The notes under the pieces: model-generated
The model's database searches: none
Seen by the model: the letters and a program-made list of their open reading frames with translations, nothing else
What the model was told of the DNA's origin: nothing
Made by a program: the position numbers and the translations under genes
Assembly (NCBI GenBank): GCA_965213685.1
Contig: CBDBZY010000038.1
Coordinates: forward strand, 32,001-96,000
Reading direction: 5' to 3'
DNA: 64,000 bases
Source: a bacterium
GTDB taxonomy: Bacteria; UBA8248
Shown: positions 9,548-19,658 of the stretch, piece by piece
How the letters are laid out: each line of letters starts with the position of its first letter
Numbering within the stretch: the stretch's first letter is position 1

Positions 9548-10600
9548 CTACGCTCCGGGGGTCAGGTTCACCAGCAGCGCCCCGTCCTTTCGGGCCACAA
9601 ACGTATCGTGCGCCTCCTGATATTCCCTGAGCGGAAACCGATGGGTGATGTAGGGGTCCACCTGGATTCTGCCGGCGCGAATGAGCGCCAGCACCTCGTC
9701 TCCGCAGTTGGGGTTCGCGCGAACGCCAAAAATATCCATCTCCTCCAGCACGACGCGCCTCCACGCCAAATCCGGAATGTTGTCCGGAATGCCGGTGATG
9801 GCGACGCGCGCCCCCTTGCCGCCACAATCCACGCTCCACCGGAAGCTGTCCGTGGTTCCCGCCGTCTCCAGCACCACGTTGGCTTTTCTTCCCCCCGTCA
9901 GCGCGTCTATCCGCTCCGGCACTCCGCCATCGCGGTAGCTGAGGGTCTCCGCCCCCTGTTCTCCCAAAATCTCGAGCCTCCTGCCGCCGCCCACGACGAT
10001 CACGCGCCCCGCTCCCATCGCCCTGGCGGATTCATAGGCGAAAACGCCGATGGGCCCCGAGCCCAGTATGACGACCGTATCGCCAGGGTGAACGCCGGCG
10101 CGCTTCGCCGTCCACAGGCCACAAGCGGCCGGGTCCACCGCCGAGCCGTGCTCGAAAGACATGCCTTCGGGCATCTTGTGCAGCGCGCGTATGTTGTTGG
10201 TCACATACTCCGCGTACGATCCTTGCGTGATGTGCCCGTACTGCCTGTGGCCGGTGACCGGGTTTCCGTAATTGTAGCAGAGATTGTAGCGGCCGATGAG
10301 GCACATGCGGCAGGCACCACACCCCGCGTGACTCGTCCCCGCCACGGCGTCGCCCATCTCCAGGCCGAACCCTTCCGTCATCGGGCCCATGGCGACGATT
10401 CTGCCGGCCCACTCATGCCCGAGGATGGCCGGAAGTTTCGGCGGCCAGCGGGGAAGGTGTCCTCCCTTGATGATTTCGATGTCCGTACCGCAAATCGTGG
10501 TGCATTCTACTTTTACGAGCACCTCTCCCACATCGGGCACCGGCACGGGAACAGTCTGTATCTCCACCTCCTCGGGGGCGGTCATCACAACCGCCTCCAT
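9548..10600 (-). CDS. Zinc-dependent MDR-family dehydrogenase (threonine/sugar-alcohol dehydrogenase-like)
   Basis: [19 protein letters not shown] structural Zn site, GSGPIG Rossmann motif. Confidence 0.92.
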   Translation of the reverse strand: MEAVVMTAPEEVEIQTVPVPVPDVGEVLVKVECTTICGTDIEIIKGGHLPRWPPKLPAILGHEWAGRIVAMGPMTEGFGLEMGDAVAGTSHAGCGACRMCLIGRYNLCYNYGNPVTGHRQYGHITQGSYAEYVTNNIRALHKMPEGMSFEHGSAVDPAACGLWTAKRAGVHPGDTVVILGSGPIGVFAYESARAMGAGRVIVVGGGRRLEILGEQGAETLSYRDGGVPERIDALTGGRKANVVLETAGTTDSFRWSVDCGGKGARVAITGIPDNIPDLAWRRVVLEEMDIFGVRANPNCGDEVLALIRAGRIQVDPYITHRFPLREYQEAHDTFVARKDGALLVNLTPGA

Positions 10601-10785
10601 GTTATCCCCTACTTCCTCGCCATAGCGCACGTCGAACCGTGAGGACATCAAACGCCTTCTCCTTCGCCTGTCTGCGGTCATGCATGACGACGCATTCTGC
10701 AATGAACGCCCGCCAAGCTCCTAGTCCTTCCGCCGTCGCCGCCGCGCGCCCTCTCCCGGGACCGGCGGATCGGCAGCTTATCGCA

Positions 10786-13700
10786 CTAGACGCCCACCTG
10801 TCCCTTCCGGGGAGCATGCGCGTCGACCTCCTCCCTCGTCAACCATTTCCCCGTCCACGCGCGCCAGCACAACCGCCCCACGTCATTCCCGATGAGAGAG
10901 ATGACCGGGACCAGCACGAGGGTGATCACCGTGGCGAAGAGCAGCCCGAAGCACAAGCTAATCGCCATGGGTATCAAGAATTGGGCCTGAAAGCTCTTCT
11001 CGAACAGCATGGGGCCCAGCCCGGCTGCCGTCGTCAACGTGGTCAAGATGATCGCTCGCCACCTCGAAACGCCGGCCAGATGCAGCGCATCCTCCACGGA
11101 CATCCCGTTCTGGACGTTGCGGTTCGTGAAGTCCAGGAGCACCAGAGAGTCGTTCACCACCACGCCGGAAAGCGCCACGATGCCCATCATGCTCAATATG
11201 GAGATGTCGAACCCCATCAGGATGTGTCCCCAAATGGCGCCGACTATCCCGAACGGAATGGCGCTCATGACGACGAGGGGCTGGAAGTAGCTTCTGAACA
11301 GCGTGGCCAGAACCGCAAAAATGACGGCTATCGCAATCGCGAAGGCGCGAAAAAGGCTGGCGAACGAATCCGCCGTCTCTTTCGCCTGGCCCTCAAACCG
11401 CAGCCCGATTCCCTCATAGCGGCTGGAGAGGTCGGGGAAAAAACCGGTTTTCAGATCATCCATGATCTCGGTGGGATTGGCGCGCTTGGGGTCCACCTCC
11501 GCCGTCACCGTAACCACCCTTCTCCTGCCCACGCGCTTGATCGCGTCCAGACCCCGAACGATCCGCACTTCCGCCACCTCGTAGAAAGGGATTTCCGCTC
11601 CGGAAGAGGTCCGGATTCGCACGTTCTTCACGCCTTCCAGAGAGCGCCTCTCCTCCGGCGGATAGCGCAGCTTCACCTTCACGTCGTCCCGCCCCCGCTG
11701 CAGGCGCAGCACCTCCAGCCCGAAAAAACGCGCGCGCAGCTGCCGCGCCAGGTCGTCCAGGCTCACTCCCAGGGCGCGGGCCTCCGGCTTCAGCGACGTT
11801 CGAAGCTCAAACTTGCCGGGCCTGAAATCGTCCTCGACGTCATATACGCCGGGATATTTCCGCAACTCGCCCCTGAGCTCCTGCGCCGCTTTTCGGATCG
11901 TCCCCATGTCATCGCCATAAAACTGCACGTCGATGGCCTTTCCCCCGGGCGGCTGGTTCCCCGAAGGCCCAAACGTCAGACTCATGGCGTCGGCTATCTC
12001 TCCTGTCCTCTCGCGCCAGCGGTTGGTGATCTCCTCCGCGCTGACTCCCCTGGCTTCCGAGGGCAGCAGCTCGACGATCAGCTGGGCGATATGACTCCCC
12101 TCCCCGACGCGCCTGCCGCTCTGGTCGACCTGCTCGCCCAGCATCGTAAATACATGCCCGATGATCGGCTCCCCCGTCTTCGAGCGAAAATCCGCGTCGA
12201 GAGCCATCGCCGCCCGCTCCATCCTCTCCGCCGCGCGCCTGGTTTGCTGGACGGGGGTTCCCCGCGGAAACAGGAGCCTGCCCTCCACCCAGTCGGAATC
12301 GAATTTCGGGAAAAACAGAAACCGCACGTGCCCGCCTACCGCCAGGCCCATCGTCAGCGCAAACGTGGCCAAGGCGATGGCGACGACCAGATACCTGGCG
12401 CTGAGACAAAACCGCAGGATCGGCGCATAGAACTGGTGGATCAGCCAGTTCACCGCCCTGTCGACGGCATTCCGGACGCGCGATGAGAACGTCCGCCTCC
12501 GGGGCGGCCGCACCCAGTGGCCCAGGTGGGCCGGCAGGATAAACAGCGACTCGACGAGCGAGGCGACCAGCGCCGCGATGATGGCCGTCGGGAGCACCGC
12601 CATGAACTTCCCGATGGTTCCCTCCATCATCATCAGGGGGACGAAGGCCACGATGGACGTTATGACGGTGGCGAGGACGGGCAACGCCACCTCCGTGCAG
12701 CCGTCCACGGCGGCCTGCACCCGGTTTTTCCCTTTCTCCATGTGGGAAAAAATGTTCTCGGCCACGACGATGGCGTCGTCCACCAGGATTCCCAAGACCA
12801 TGATGAAGGCGAACATGGTCAGCATGTTGAGCGTGCCGCCGGAGAAGTTCAGGAACCCAAGCGACGCCAGCAGGGAGACGGGAATTCCCATCGCCACCCA
12901 GAACGAAAGGCGAATGTTCAGAAACAGCCAGAGGGAGAGGAAGACCAGAACGAGCCCGACGCGCCCGTTCCGCAAAAGGAGGTCGAGCCGATCCTGTATC
13001 AGGCGCGAGGTATCCCCCCAATAGACCAGGTGGAGTCCCTCCGGCAATTCCCGACGCTTCTCCCGCACGTATGCGTCCGCCGCCCTGGCGATGGTGAGGG
13101 CGTCCTCCTCCTCGGTTCGGTACACCGTGATGAGCGCGGCCGGCTTTCCGTTGAACCGACCCGTTATGTCGCTATCATCAAAGCCGTCCACCACGCGGGC
13201 GACGTCGCCGAGCCGCAGGATGGTCCCGTCTTTCTGGGTGAGTATTTCCAGCCGCTCGAACTCCAGGCCCGTATAACGCTTTCCCAGCGTCCGGATTCTG
13301 ATTCTGCGCTCCGAGGAGCGGATGTCCCCGCCCGAGAGGTCGAGCACGTTTTTGCGAATGATGTTCGCGAGCCTCTCAAACGTGAGGCCATGGCGGCGTA
13401 GCGTCTCCTCCGACACTTCGAGCGAGATTTCCCAATCCCGCAGCCCCCCCAGAACAACCTTGGAGATGTTGGAAACATCGAGCAAATCGTCCTTGATCTC
13501 CCGGGCTTTGCGTTTGAGTATCCGCTCCGGAACATTTCCGGACAACGAGAGATGAACGACCTGATTGATGCGCTTCACCTCCGTGACAACGGGCCGCTCC
13601 ATGGTTTCGGGAAACGTGTTGACGCGGTCGATCTCGCTTTTGATGTCCTCCATCAATTCCCGGGAGTCCGGAATCCACGAATCCAGCTCCACCATCACGT

Positions 13701-13971
13701 CGCACCGGTGCTCATACGCGATAGAAGTGATTTTCTTGACGCCCTCCACGCCGGTGAGGGCCTCCTCGACCCGGATGCAGACGCCCTCCTCCACCTCCTC
13801 GGGGCTCGCACCCTCCCACGCCACGCTGACGCTCACCTTGTCGAGCGCAAATTGGGGGAGCAGCTCGCTGCGGATCTGAAAGATGGCGACCACGCCGACG
13901 GTAAGCAGTATCGCCATCAGAAGGTTGGCGAAAACGGAATTGCGGGCGCTCCAGTCCAGAAGTCGCCTCAT
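10786..13971 (-). CDS. RND efflux permease (AcrB/AcrD/AcrF family)
   Basis: 1061 aa; GASPEEVE, GILVDDAIVVAEN, GVVVNDSLVL, RAIILTTLTT motifs. Confidence 0.95.
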   Translation of the reverse strand: MRRLLDWSARNSVFANLLMAILLTVGVVAIFQIRSELLPQFALDKVSVSVAWEGASPEEVEEGVCIRVEEALTGVEGVKKITSIAYEHRCDVMVELDSWIPDSRELMEDIKSEIDRVNTFPETMERPVVTEVKRINQVVHLSLSGNVPERILKRKAREIKDDLLDVSNISKVVLGGLRDWEISLEVSEETLRRHGLTFERLANIIRKNVLDLSGGDIRSSERRIRIRTLGKRYTGLEFERLEILTQKDGTILRLGDVARVVDGFDDSDITGRFNGKPAALITVYRTEEEDALTIARAADAYVREKRRELPEGLHLVYWGDTSRLIQDRLDLLLRNGRVGLVLVFLSLWLFLNIRLSFWVAMGIPVSLLASLGFLNFSGGTLNMLTMFAFIMVLGILVDDAIVVAENIFSHMEKGKNRVQAAVDGCTEVALPVLATVITSIVAFVPLMMMEGTIGKFMAVLPTAIIAALVASLVESLFILPAHLGHWVRPPRRRTFSSRVRNAVDRAVNWLIHQFYAPILRFCLSARYLVVAIALATFALTMGLAVGGHVRFLFFPKFDSDWVEGRLLFPRGTPVQQTRRAAERMERAAMALDADFRSKTGEPIIGHVFTMLGEQVDQSGRRVGEGSHIAQLIVELLPSEARGVSAEEITNRWRERTGEIADAMSLTFGPSGNQPPGGKAIDVQFYGDDMGTIRKAAQELRGELRKYPGVYDVEDDFRPGKFELRTSLKPEARALGVSLDDLARQLRARFFGLEVLRLQRGRDDVKVKLRYPPEERRSLEGVKNVRIRTSSGAEIPFYEVAEVRIVRGLDAIKRVGRRRVVTVTAEVDPKRANPTEIMDDLKTGFFPDLSSRYEGIGLRFEGQAKETADSFASLFRAFAIAIAVIFAVLATLFRSYFQPLVVMSAIPFGIVGAIWGHILMGFDISILSMMGIVALSGVVVNDSLVLLDFTNRNVQNGMSVEDALHLAGVSRWRAIILTTLTTAAGLGPMLFEKSFQAQFLIPMAISLCFGLLFATVITLVLVPVISLIGNDVGRLCWRAWTGKWLTREEVDAHAPRKGQVGV

Positions 13972-15293
13972 GGCGCGGAAACCCGGGCGGCACTCCCCGT
14001 CCGCGCGCCGAGCTTCATGCCGGGCACGGGGTCCGGGATGGCGGAAAGAATGATGCGGGCGTTCTCGTCCACCCCGCTTTTGATGACCACCCCGTCCTCG
14101 CTTTTCCGGATGACCTGCACCTTCTGAATCCGCAGCTTTCCGTCATCCAGCAAATACACCTGATCCTGCGCGCGCAACGCGGCGCGCGGAATGACGTACA
14201 CGCCGGACATGGTGACGCCTTCGAGCTCCGCCTGAACGAACATCCCCACCAAAAGGGGAGGGTGCTCTCCGGGTGCCCAGTTTTTCATGGGCTCGGGAAT
14301 TTCCACCACGAGCGTGAGCGCGCGCGTGGACTCGTCCAGCCCGGAGTCCACGAGGGACACCCGTCCCTCCCACGCAAACTTTTTCCCGAACTGGCTCCAG
14401 GACACCCTGGCGGCGGGGAAAAACCGTTTCACCTCCTCCTGGCTGCGCGGAAAGGAAGCGCCCCGTATGCGTCGAAACGCCCAGCGCACGTCCTGAACCG
14501 GCAACGACACCGGAACCTCCAGTGCGGAGACGTCATAAATGGCGCCCACGGATTGGCCCGCGCTGGCGAAATCCCCCACATCGAGACTCGTCTTTCGCGC
14601 CCGCGCGTCAAAGGGAGAGACGATTTTCGTGCGGGAGAGCTGCAAAACCGCCCTCCTCAGCTCGGAGCGGATCACGTTCAACGCCGCGCGCTTCTGCCTG
14701 AGCTGAACCGGCAAAAGGGACAGGGCATTCTGGATGGCCTGGACCGTCTTCTCCTGTCTGAGGAAATTCTGCTGGGACTGATCATACTGGCCGGACGAGA
14801 TCACCCCCTGCCTTCTCAGCCTCCTGTTGCGCTCTATCTCCTGACGCACCACCTCCATATGCCGCTCGGCGATGTCCAGATCCGCCTGATGGTTTTTCTC
14901 CTCCTGCTTCAGCCGGGAAATATCGGCCCGAAGCTGCTCGCCTTCCGCCGTCCGGCGATCCACGGCGAGCTGGTAGTCCGTCGGGTCGATCTGAAACAAC
15001 AACTCCCCTTTCCGGATGAAGCCCCCCGCCCGGAAGCCGGGCGCCCGACGGATCACCCGTCCGGAAACCTCGGGCACGATGGCGAGCTCCGTTTTCGGAC
15101 GCACGGTTCCGAAGCCCCTCACCCGGAAGGTCCGGTCCTGTTTTTTCAGGCGCATCGTTCGGACGAATCTGCGGGGTGCGGCGGGAATCACGACTTCGGG
15201 TTCCGGCTGACTCTGAATCAGCCATCTCGTGCCCCATCCTCCGACCGCCAAAACCAGGACGGCCAGGAGGATGAAAATCTTTTGACGAGACAT
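13968..15293 (-). CDS. RND periplasmic adaptor (membrane fusion protein)
   Basis: N-terminal TM helix, PEVSGRV, GELLFQIDP, coiled coil, TKIVSPFD; 4-nt overlap with the permease. Confidence 0.92.
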   Translation of the reverse strand: MSRQKIFILLAVLVLAVGGWGTRWLIQSQPEPEVVIPAAPRRFVRTMRLKKQDRTFRVRGFGTVRPKTELAIVPEVSGRVIRRAPGFRAGGFIRKGELLFQIDPTDYQLAVDRRTAEGEQLRADISRLKQEEKNHQADLDIAERHMEVVRQEIERNRRLRRQGVISSGQYDQSQQNFLRQEKTVQAIQNALSLLPVQLRQKRAALNVIRSELRRAVLQLSRTKIVSPFDARARKTSLDVGDFASAGQSVGAIYDVSALEVPVSLPVQDVRWAFRRIRGASFPRSQEEVKRFFPAARVSWSQFGKKFAWEGRVSLVDSGLDESTRALTLVVEIPEPMKNWAPGEHPPLLVGMFVQAELEGVTMSGVYVIPRAALRAQDQVYLLDDGKLRIQKVQVIRKSEDGVVIKSGVDENARIILSAIPDPVPGMKLGARTGSAARVSAP

Positions 15294-15603
15294 TGCGCTG
15301 TTGGCGTCTCCTCTCCGGTCGGCGACATGCTCGCTTCCGCGACGCGAGCGCGCGTGGCGGCCCATCGCATCTCGGCACCTCCCGGAAACTGCGGGAGAAT
15401 CCCGCCCTCCTCTCCTCTATCCCTACCAGCGGCGCTCCGGTTTGTCAAAAATTCGTTCTTCTTCTCCGCGACAACGCGGCTCCTCCGCCCGGGAAGGAGG
15501 GAGGGAGGGGGCATGCGGCCTGGCCCGGTTCCCGTTCCGGAAACACGGGCGGGCGGATTATCCAAACAGCGGGTCTGCTGACGGGCTCGCGCGGCCAAGG
15601 GCG

Positions 15604-16054
15604 TCAGGCCGCGCCGGGCCGTTCGATGAGCTCCAGCGTGTTGCCATCCGGGTCCTCCAGATAGACGACAAGCCCCCCCTTGTTGGCTCCCTGGGTGATG
15701 GGCACGGGCGCGGAGACGAACTTCACGCCCTTGGGCGAGAGGGTTTCATACATGCGCGCGAGGCCCTCCACGTTATAGGCGATGTGCGCGCTGCCCACGT
15801 TGTTCGTGGCGGGAGTCGATCTTGACCCCCGGGGCGCCGACGTAATACTGCACCAGCTCGACGAGGTATCCCCCGCCCCGCATATAGACGACGCGCAGGC
15901 TCGCCCCCCGAATCCCGGTCACCTTCTCGCTGTAGTCCCGGGGCCGCACCTCATCGGAGACGACCGAGAAACCCAGCATTTCGCAATACCATCCGGCGAC
16001 GGCCTCCGCGTCGGACACCGTGAAGCTCGTATGATTGATGCTGAGCAGTCCCAT
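15604..16054 (-). CDS. VOC/glyoxalase family protein (one apparent indel at ~15812)
   Basis: INHTSFTVSD...WYCEMLGF in one frame, then HIAYNVE...YLEDPDGNTLELIE in the next; one extra C restores the frame. Confidence 0.82.
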
Positions 16055-16061
16055 CGCGCGC

Positions 16062-16115
16062 CGTCTCCCTTGGTCGGGGACGCTCCCTAGTCGGGACGCT
16101 CCCTAGTCGGGAGCG
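16062..16115. repeat. Tandem 16-bp quasi-palindromic repeat (CGCTCCCTAGTCGGGA x2 plus one degenerate copy)
   Basis: Read directly; each unit carries AGGGAG on the minus strand, upstream of the VOC start. Confidence 0.85.
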
Positions 16116-16220
16116 ACCACCAAACCTTCCGCGCCGAGCATCTCCCACGATTTTCACGGCCACCTCGACAAACCCGGGCGGGATATTTGTTATTGAGATT
16201 GAGAGAGCTTTCCCGTTCAT

Positions 16221-16988
16221 TTAGGCGGCGAGCCTTTCAATATCCGCAGGCACCCTGTCCTGAAAATCCGCCAACGTCGGATATTGCGTATCCGCGTTCC
16301 GCGTAAGATATTGCCTTTCCCTTCTGCCGAGCTCTTCCATGTCCTCATGTACGACAAGGCTGATAAACGGCAATTTCGCTCGGTGAAACTCCAGCAACGA
16401 AATCGCCACATTCTTCGCCTTGTCGTTGCCTCTTACGCCAAAGAGGTAAAGTTTGCGTTCGTTGTGCGTCAAAGACCAGTCCACGCTGATAATTTGATAA
16501 TCCGGCAAAGGACACGCATCGGGAAATGGTTCGAACCGCGCCAACTCGTTGATAGTGTAGACCTTTAAATCCTCATAAAACGCGCTTCGAACAACCTCCC
16601 TGTTCCAATAGCGCATGTTGCATACCTTTTGGGCACATCCCACGAATTGCAGGACGGACTCATAAAGCGTTTCTAGGGCGGCATCCACATAAAGATTTCC
16701 TCCGTCGTTGCAAACCCCGTTATTGACAAGGATGCTGTCAAAAATTCCTTTACGGGACGCCGTATTTATTTCATACGTGTAGGAAAGGCGCATGACCGCC
16801 ATGCCGAAATCACAGATGCGCACATGGTTTTCGCCTTCGGGGCTGTCTTGCAGGTAGACATCCACCATATCGCCGTCCTCATGGAGCATGGGGACAATCA
16901 ACTGATACTTCCCTGGCCTGCGTTCATACACGTCAAAACCGGTTTGTCCCCTATGACGGAGCAAGCTGACCACCCTGTCGCTATCCAT
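16221..16988 (-). CDS. DUF1828-like protein with degenerate restriction-endonuclease-like (DUF1829-like) C-terminus
   Basis: LIVPMLHEDGDMVDVYL...VRICDFG fits the DUF1828 pattern; ISVDWSL...YLFGV C-domain; AT-rich. Family assigned from recalled motifs. Confidence 0.72.
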   Translation of the reverse strand: MDSDRVVSLLRHRGQTGFDVYERRPGKYQLIVPMLHEDGDMVDVYLQDSPEGENHVRICDFGMAVMRLSYTYEINTASRKGIFDSILVNNGVCNDGGNLYVDAALETLYESVLQFVGCAQKVCNMRYWNREVVRSAFYEDLKVYTINELARFEPFPDACPLPDYQIISVDWSLTHNERKLYLFGVRGNDKAKNVAISLLEFHRAKLPFISLVVHEDMEELGRRERQYLTRNADTQYPTLADFQDRVPADIERLAA

Positions 16989-17475
16989 TGAAAAGCCTCC
17001 GTTGGCTTAACGCAGGAAAATAGTCCAACCAATTCGTTATGCCCGTGTCATGAAAGAAAACTTCCAGGGCATCTTCAAACACGACATATTTATCCGTAAT
17101 TTCCCTATACGTCTCTTGTGGCCGCAGACTGCCAGATTCCATTTTTTCAGCCGTCAGGCGGTGTATATGCGGCTTGGCGTAATGATCGTCTACGTCCCGA
17201 CTTTTCTCGCCGTGTGGACCGTTGTACCGAACAAGCGTTACGGACCCGAAATTCCTGTTTTGGGTGGCAAAACGCAAACCTATGGAGTAGTTCTCTATGA
17301 ATTGCATGTTCTGGCGGATAAAAACGGAGAAAAGCCTTTTTTCCGCATCGACGCTCTCCAAGGCAAGAGAACAACGCCGGCTGCCATCCTCTTCCTTATA
17401 CCCTCGGGCGGGCTCTTTGCCGGTAATCTTCTTTCGGGATGCTATCAACTCCCGAATTGCTTCGTCCGTCAACAT
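16981..17475 (-). CDS. DUF6978-like small protein (RYNG-H...PHIH His motif)
   Basis: Only the last 164 aa of the listed 834-aa ORF (MLTDEAIRELI...) look real; TLVRYNGPHG...HYAKPHIHRLT; 8-nt overlap with the next gene. Confidence 0.7.
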   Translation of the reverse strand: MLTDEAIRELIASRKKITGKEPARGYKEEDGSRRCSLALESVDAEKRLFSVFIRQNMQFIENYSIGLRFATQNRNFGSVTLVRYNGPHGEKSRDVDDHYAKPHIHRLTAEKMESGSLRPQETYREITDKYVVFEDALEVFFHDTGITNWLDYFPALSQRRLFNG

Positions 17476-17615
17476 GTCGAATTTTCTATCCAATTCATCA
17501 CGCGCCGGATTTTCCCGCGGGCGCCCAGCCCGCTCGCAAAAGGAACGAGAAGACGCTCGCCACAGGTTTTTGCGCCTTCTGCAAGGACGCTTTCCGCGGG
17601 AACAGCCGCAGCGGC

Positions 17616-18596
17616 CTAGACCGCCGCGCCCAGGGCTTTTCGGGCCGCCTCGACGACGTTGCCCGAGTTCGGTAGCACGAAATCCTCCAGCCTGGGCTCG
17701 AAGGGGATGGGCGCGTCGAGAGCGGCCACGCGGCCGATGGGCGCGTCGAGATAGTCGAACGCCTCCTCCTGAATCGCCGCGGCTATCTCGGAACCCACGC
17801 CGCTGCGCAGATGCCCCTCCTCCACGATGACGCAGCGGTTCGTCTTGCGCACCGACTCGGCGAGCGTGGAGGTGTCCAGCGGCGCCAGCGTCCTCGGGTC
17901 GACCACCTCCGCGCTCACCCCCTCCTTCTCCAGCGCGTCCGCCGCCGCCAGGCAGTTGTGCACCTGGTATCCCACGCCCACCAGCGTGATGTCGTCGCCC
18001 TCGCGCTTCACGGCGGCCTGGCCGAAGGGGGTGACGTGATCCCCCTCGGGAACGAGTCCCTTCATCTTGTAGAGCATCTTGTGCTCGACCATGAGAACGG
18101 GGTTGTCGTCCTGCACCGCCGCGCGCATCAGCCCCTTGGCGTCGGCGGGGTCGCTCGGCACGGCGACCTTGATCCCCGGCACCTGCATGAACCAGGCCTC
18201 CAGGCACTGGCTGTGCGTGGGGCCATACTGCACGCCGCCGCCGCCCGGCGTGCGCACGACCAAGGGCACGCTCAGCTGCCCGCCCAGCATGTAGCGGAGC
18301 TTGGCCGCCTGGTTGATGAGCGGGTCCATGGCCAGCATGATGAAGTCCATGAACATGATCTCGACGATGGGGCGGTAGCCCGCCATGGCGGCGCCCACGC
18401 CGGCGCCCACGATGCCCAGCTCGCTGATGGGGGTGTCGCGCACGCGATCTTTCCCGAACCTCTCGGCCAGCCCCTTCGTGACGCCGAAAACATAGGCCAG
18501 CTCCACGTCCTCGCCCATGACGATGACCCGCTCGTCGCGCGCCATCTCCTCGTGATGGGCCTCGTTCAGCGCATCCACAAAATTGATCTCTCGCAT
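17616..18596 (-). CDS. 2-oxoacid/acetoin dehydrogenase E1 beta subunit
   Basis: MGEDV, RVRDTPISE, PIVEIMFMDF, HSQCLEAWF, YLDAPIGRV motifs. Confidence 0.95.
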   Translation of the reverse strand: MREINFVDALNEAHHEEMARDERVIVMGEDVELAYVFGVTKGLAERFGKDRVRDTPISELGIVGAGVGAAMAGYRPIVEIMFMDFIMLAMDPLINQAAKLRYMLGGQLSVPLVVRTPGGGGVQYGPTHSQCLEAWFMQVPGIKVAVPSDPADAKGLMRAAVQDDNPVLMVEHKMLYKMKGLVPEGDHVTPFGQAAVKREGDDITLVGVGYQVHNCLAAADALEKEGVSAEVVDPRTLAPLDTSTLAESVRKTNRCVIVEEGHLRSGVGSEIAAAIQEEAFDYLDAPIGRVAALDAPIPFEPRLEDFVLPNSGNVVEAARKALGAAV

Positions 18597-18668
18597 GTCG
18601 CCTCCCCAGGGTTTCCTCCGCCTTGCGGGGTTTTCGCCAGGCACAGCGGCGCCGGGCGGTGAGAATCC

Positions 18669-19658
18669 TTACGCGAACACGTCCTCGAGCGCCGACTCCA
18701 GCGTCGCCTCCGGGCTCCCCTCCGCGAACGCGATGGCGCCTTCGAGCTCCTCGTCCACAGCCTGGAGGTGCGCTTTTTTCTGCGCGTCCGTCAGCCGGAG
18801 CATCTGCGCGGCGATCGTGAGGGGGTCGCGCTTTCTCCATTCGTCGACCTCCTCCTTCGTCCGATACGGCCCGAACTGGGGGTCGCCCCGGGAGTGGCCG
18901 AAGAAGCGGTAGGTTTTCGCCTCGATCAGGCTCGGCCCCCCTCCCGCGCGCGCCCTGCGAACGGCCTCGGCCGTCGCCTCGTGGACGGCGACCACGTCCA
19001 TGCCGTCCACCGTGACGCCGGGCGCGTCGTAGCTCTGGGCGCGCACGCTGATGTCCTTCACCGAGGTGGAGCGCTCCACGTGATAGCTCACCGCGTAGTG
19101 GTTGTTCTCGCAGAAGAAGATGACCGGCAGCTTCCATATCGCGCACAGGTTCATCGACTCGTGAAAGCTCCCCTGGTTCGACGCCCCGTCCCCGAAGAAG
19201 ACCACCGCCACGCGGCCCGCACCCTCGAGTTGGTAGGCGAGGCCCATGCCCGTGGCCATCGGCATGTTCGCTCCCACGATGGAATGCGCCCCGTAGTGGC
19301 CCTTCGAGATGTCGGCGATGTGCATGGAGCCCCCGCGCGCCCGGCAAAGGCCGGTGGACTTGCCGAGCAGCTCCGCCATCATCTCGGGCATCCGCGTGCC
19401 CTTGGCGATGGAGTGGCCGTGGCCCCGGTGGGTGGTCAGGATGGCGTCGTCCTCGTTCAGCGCCGCGCAGACGCCGACCGAGCACGCCTCCTGACCGATG
19501 CTGACGTGCACCGCTCCCTTCACCCGGCCGGCCATGAAAAACTCGTCGGTCTTCTCCTCGAACCGGCGAATGCGCAGCATGTTGCGGTACATCCCGTCCA
19601 AATCCTTCTTCGTCAGCTTCTTCGGCCTGGCCGATTTTCCCTTCGCCCTGGTGGACAC
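18669..19658 (-). CDS. 2-oxoacid/acetoin dehydrogenase E1 alpha subunit (TPP-dependent)
   Basis: GQEA, THRGHGH, RGGSMH, GDGA...ENN TPP motif, TYRFFGHS; GAGGAGG RBS before the GTG start. Confidence 0.95.
   Translation of the reverse strand: MSTRAKGKSARPKKLTKKDLDGMYRNMLRIRRFEEKTDEFFMAGRVKGAVHVSIGQEACSVGVCAALNEDDAILTTHRGHGHSIAKGTRMPEMMAELLGKSTGLCRARGGSMHIADISKGHYGAHSIVGANMPMATGMGLAYQLEGAGRVAVVFFGDGASNQGSFHESMNLCAIWKLPVIFFCENNHYAVSYHVERSTSVKDISVRAQSYDAPGVTVDGMDVVAVHEATAEAVRRARAGGGPSLIEAKTYRFFGHSRGDPQFGPYRTKEEVDEWRKRDPLTIAAQMLRLTDAQKKAHLQAVDEELEGAIAFAEGSPEATLESALEDVFA

Noticed and set aside
9543-9600. preQ1 riboswitch upstream of queF
   Set aside because: Only 5 bp separate queF from the upstream stop codon; no motif present.
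16981-19485. 834-aa ORF as a single protein
   Set aside because: The N-terminal ~670 aa is an Arg/Gly-rich alternative frame over the E1 genes; only the last 164 aa looks like a real protein.
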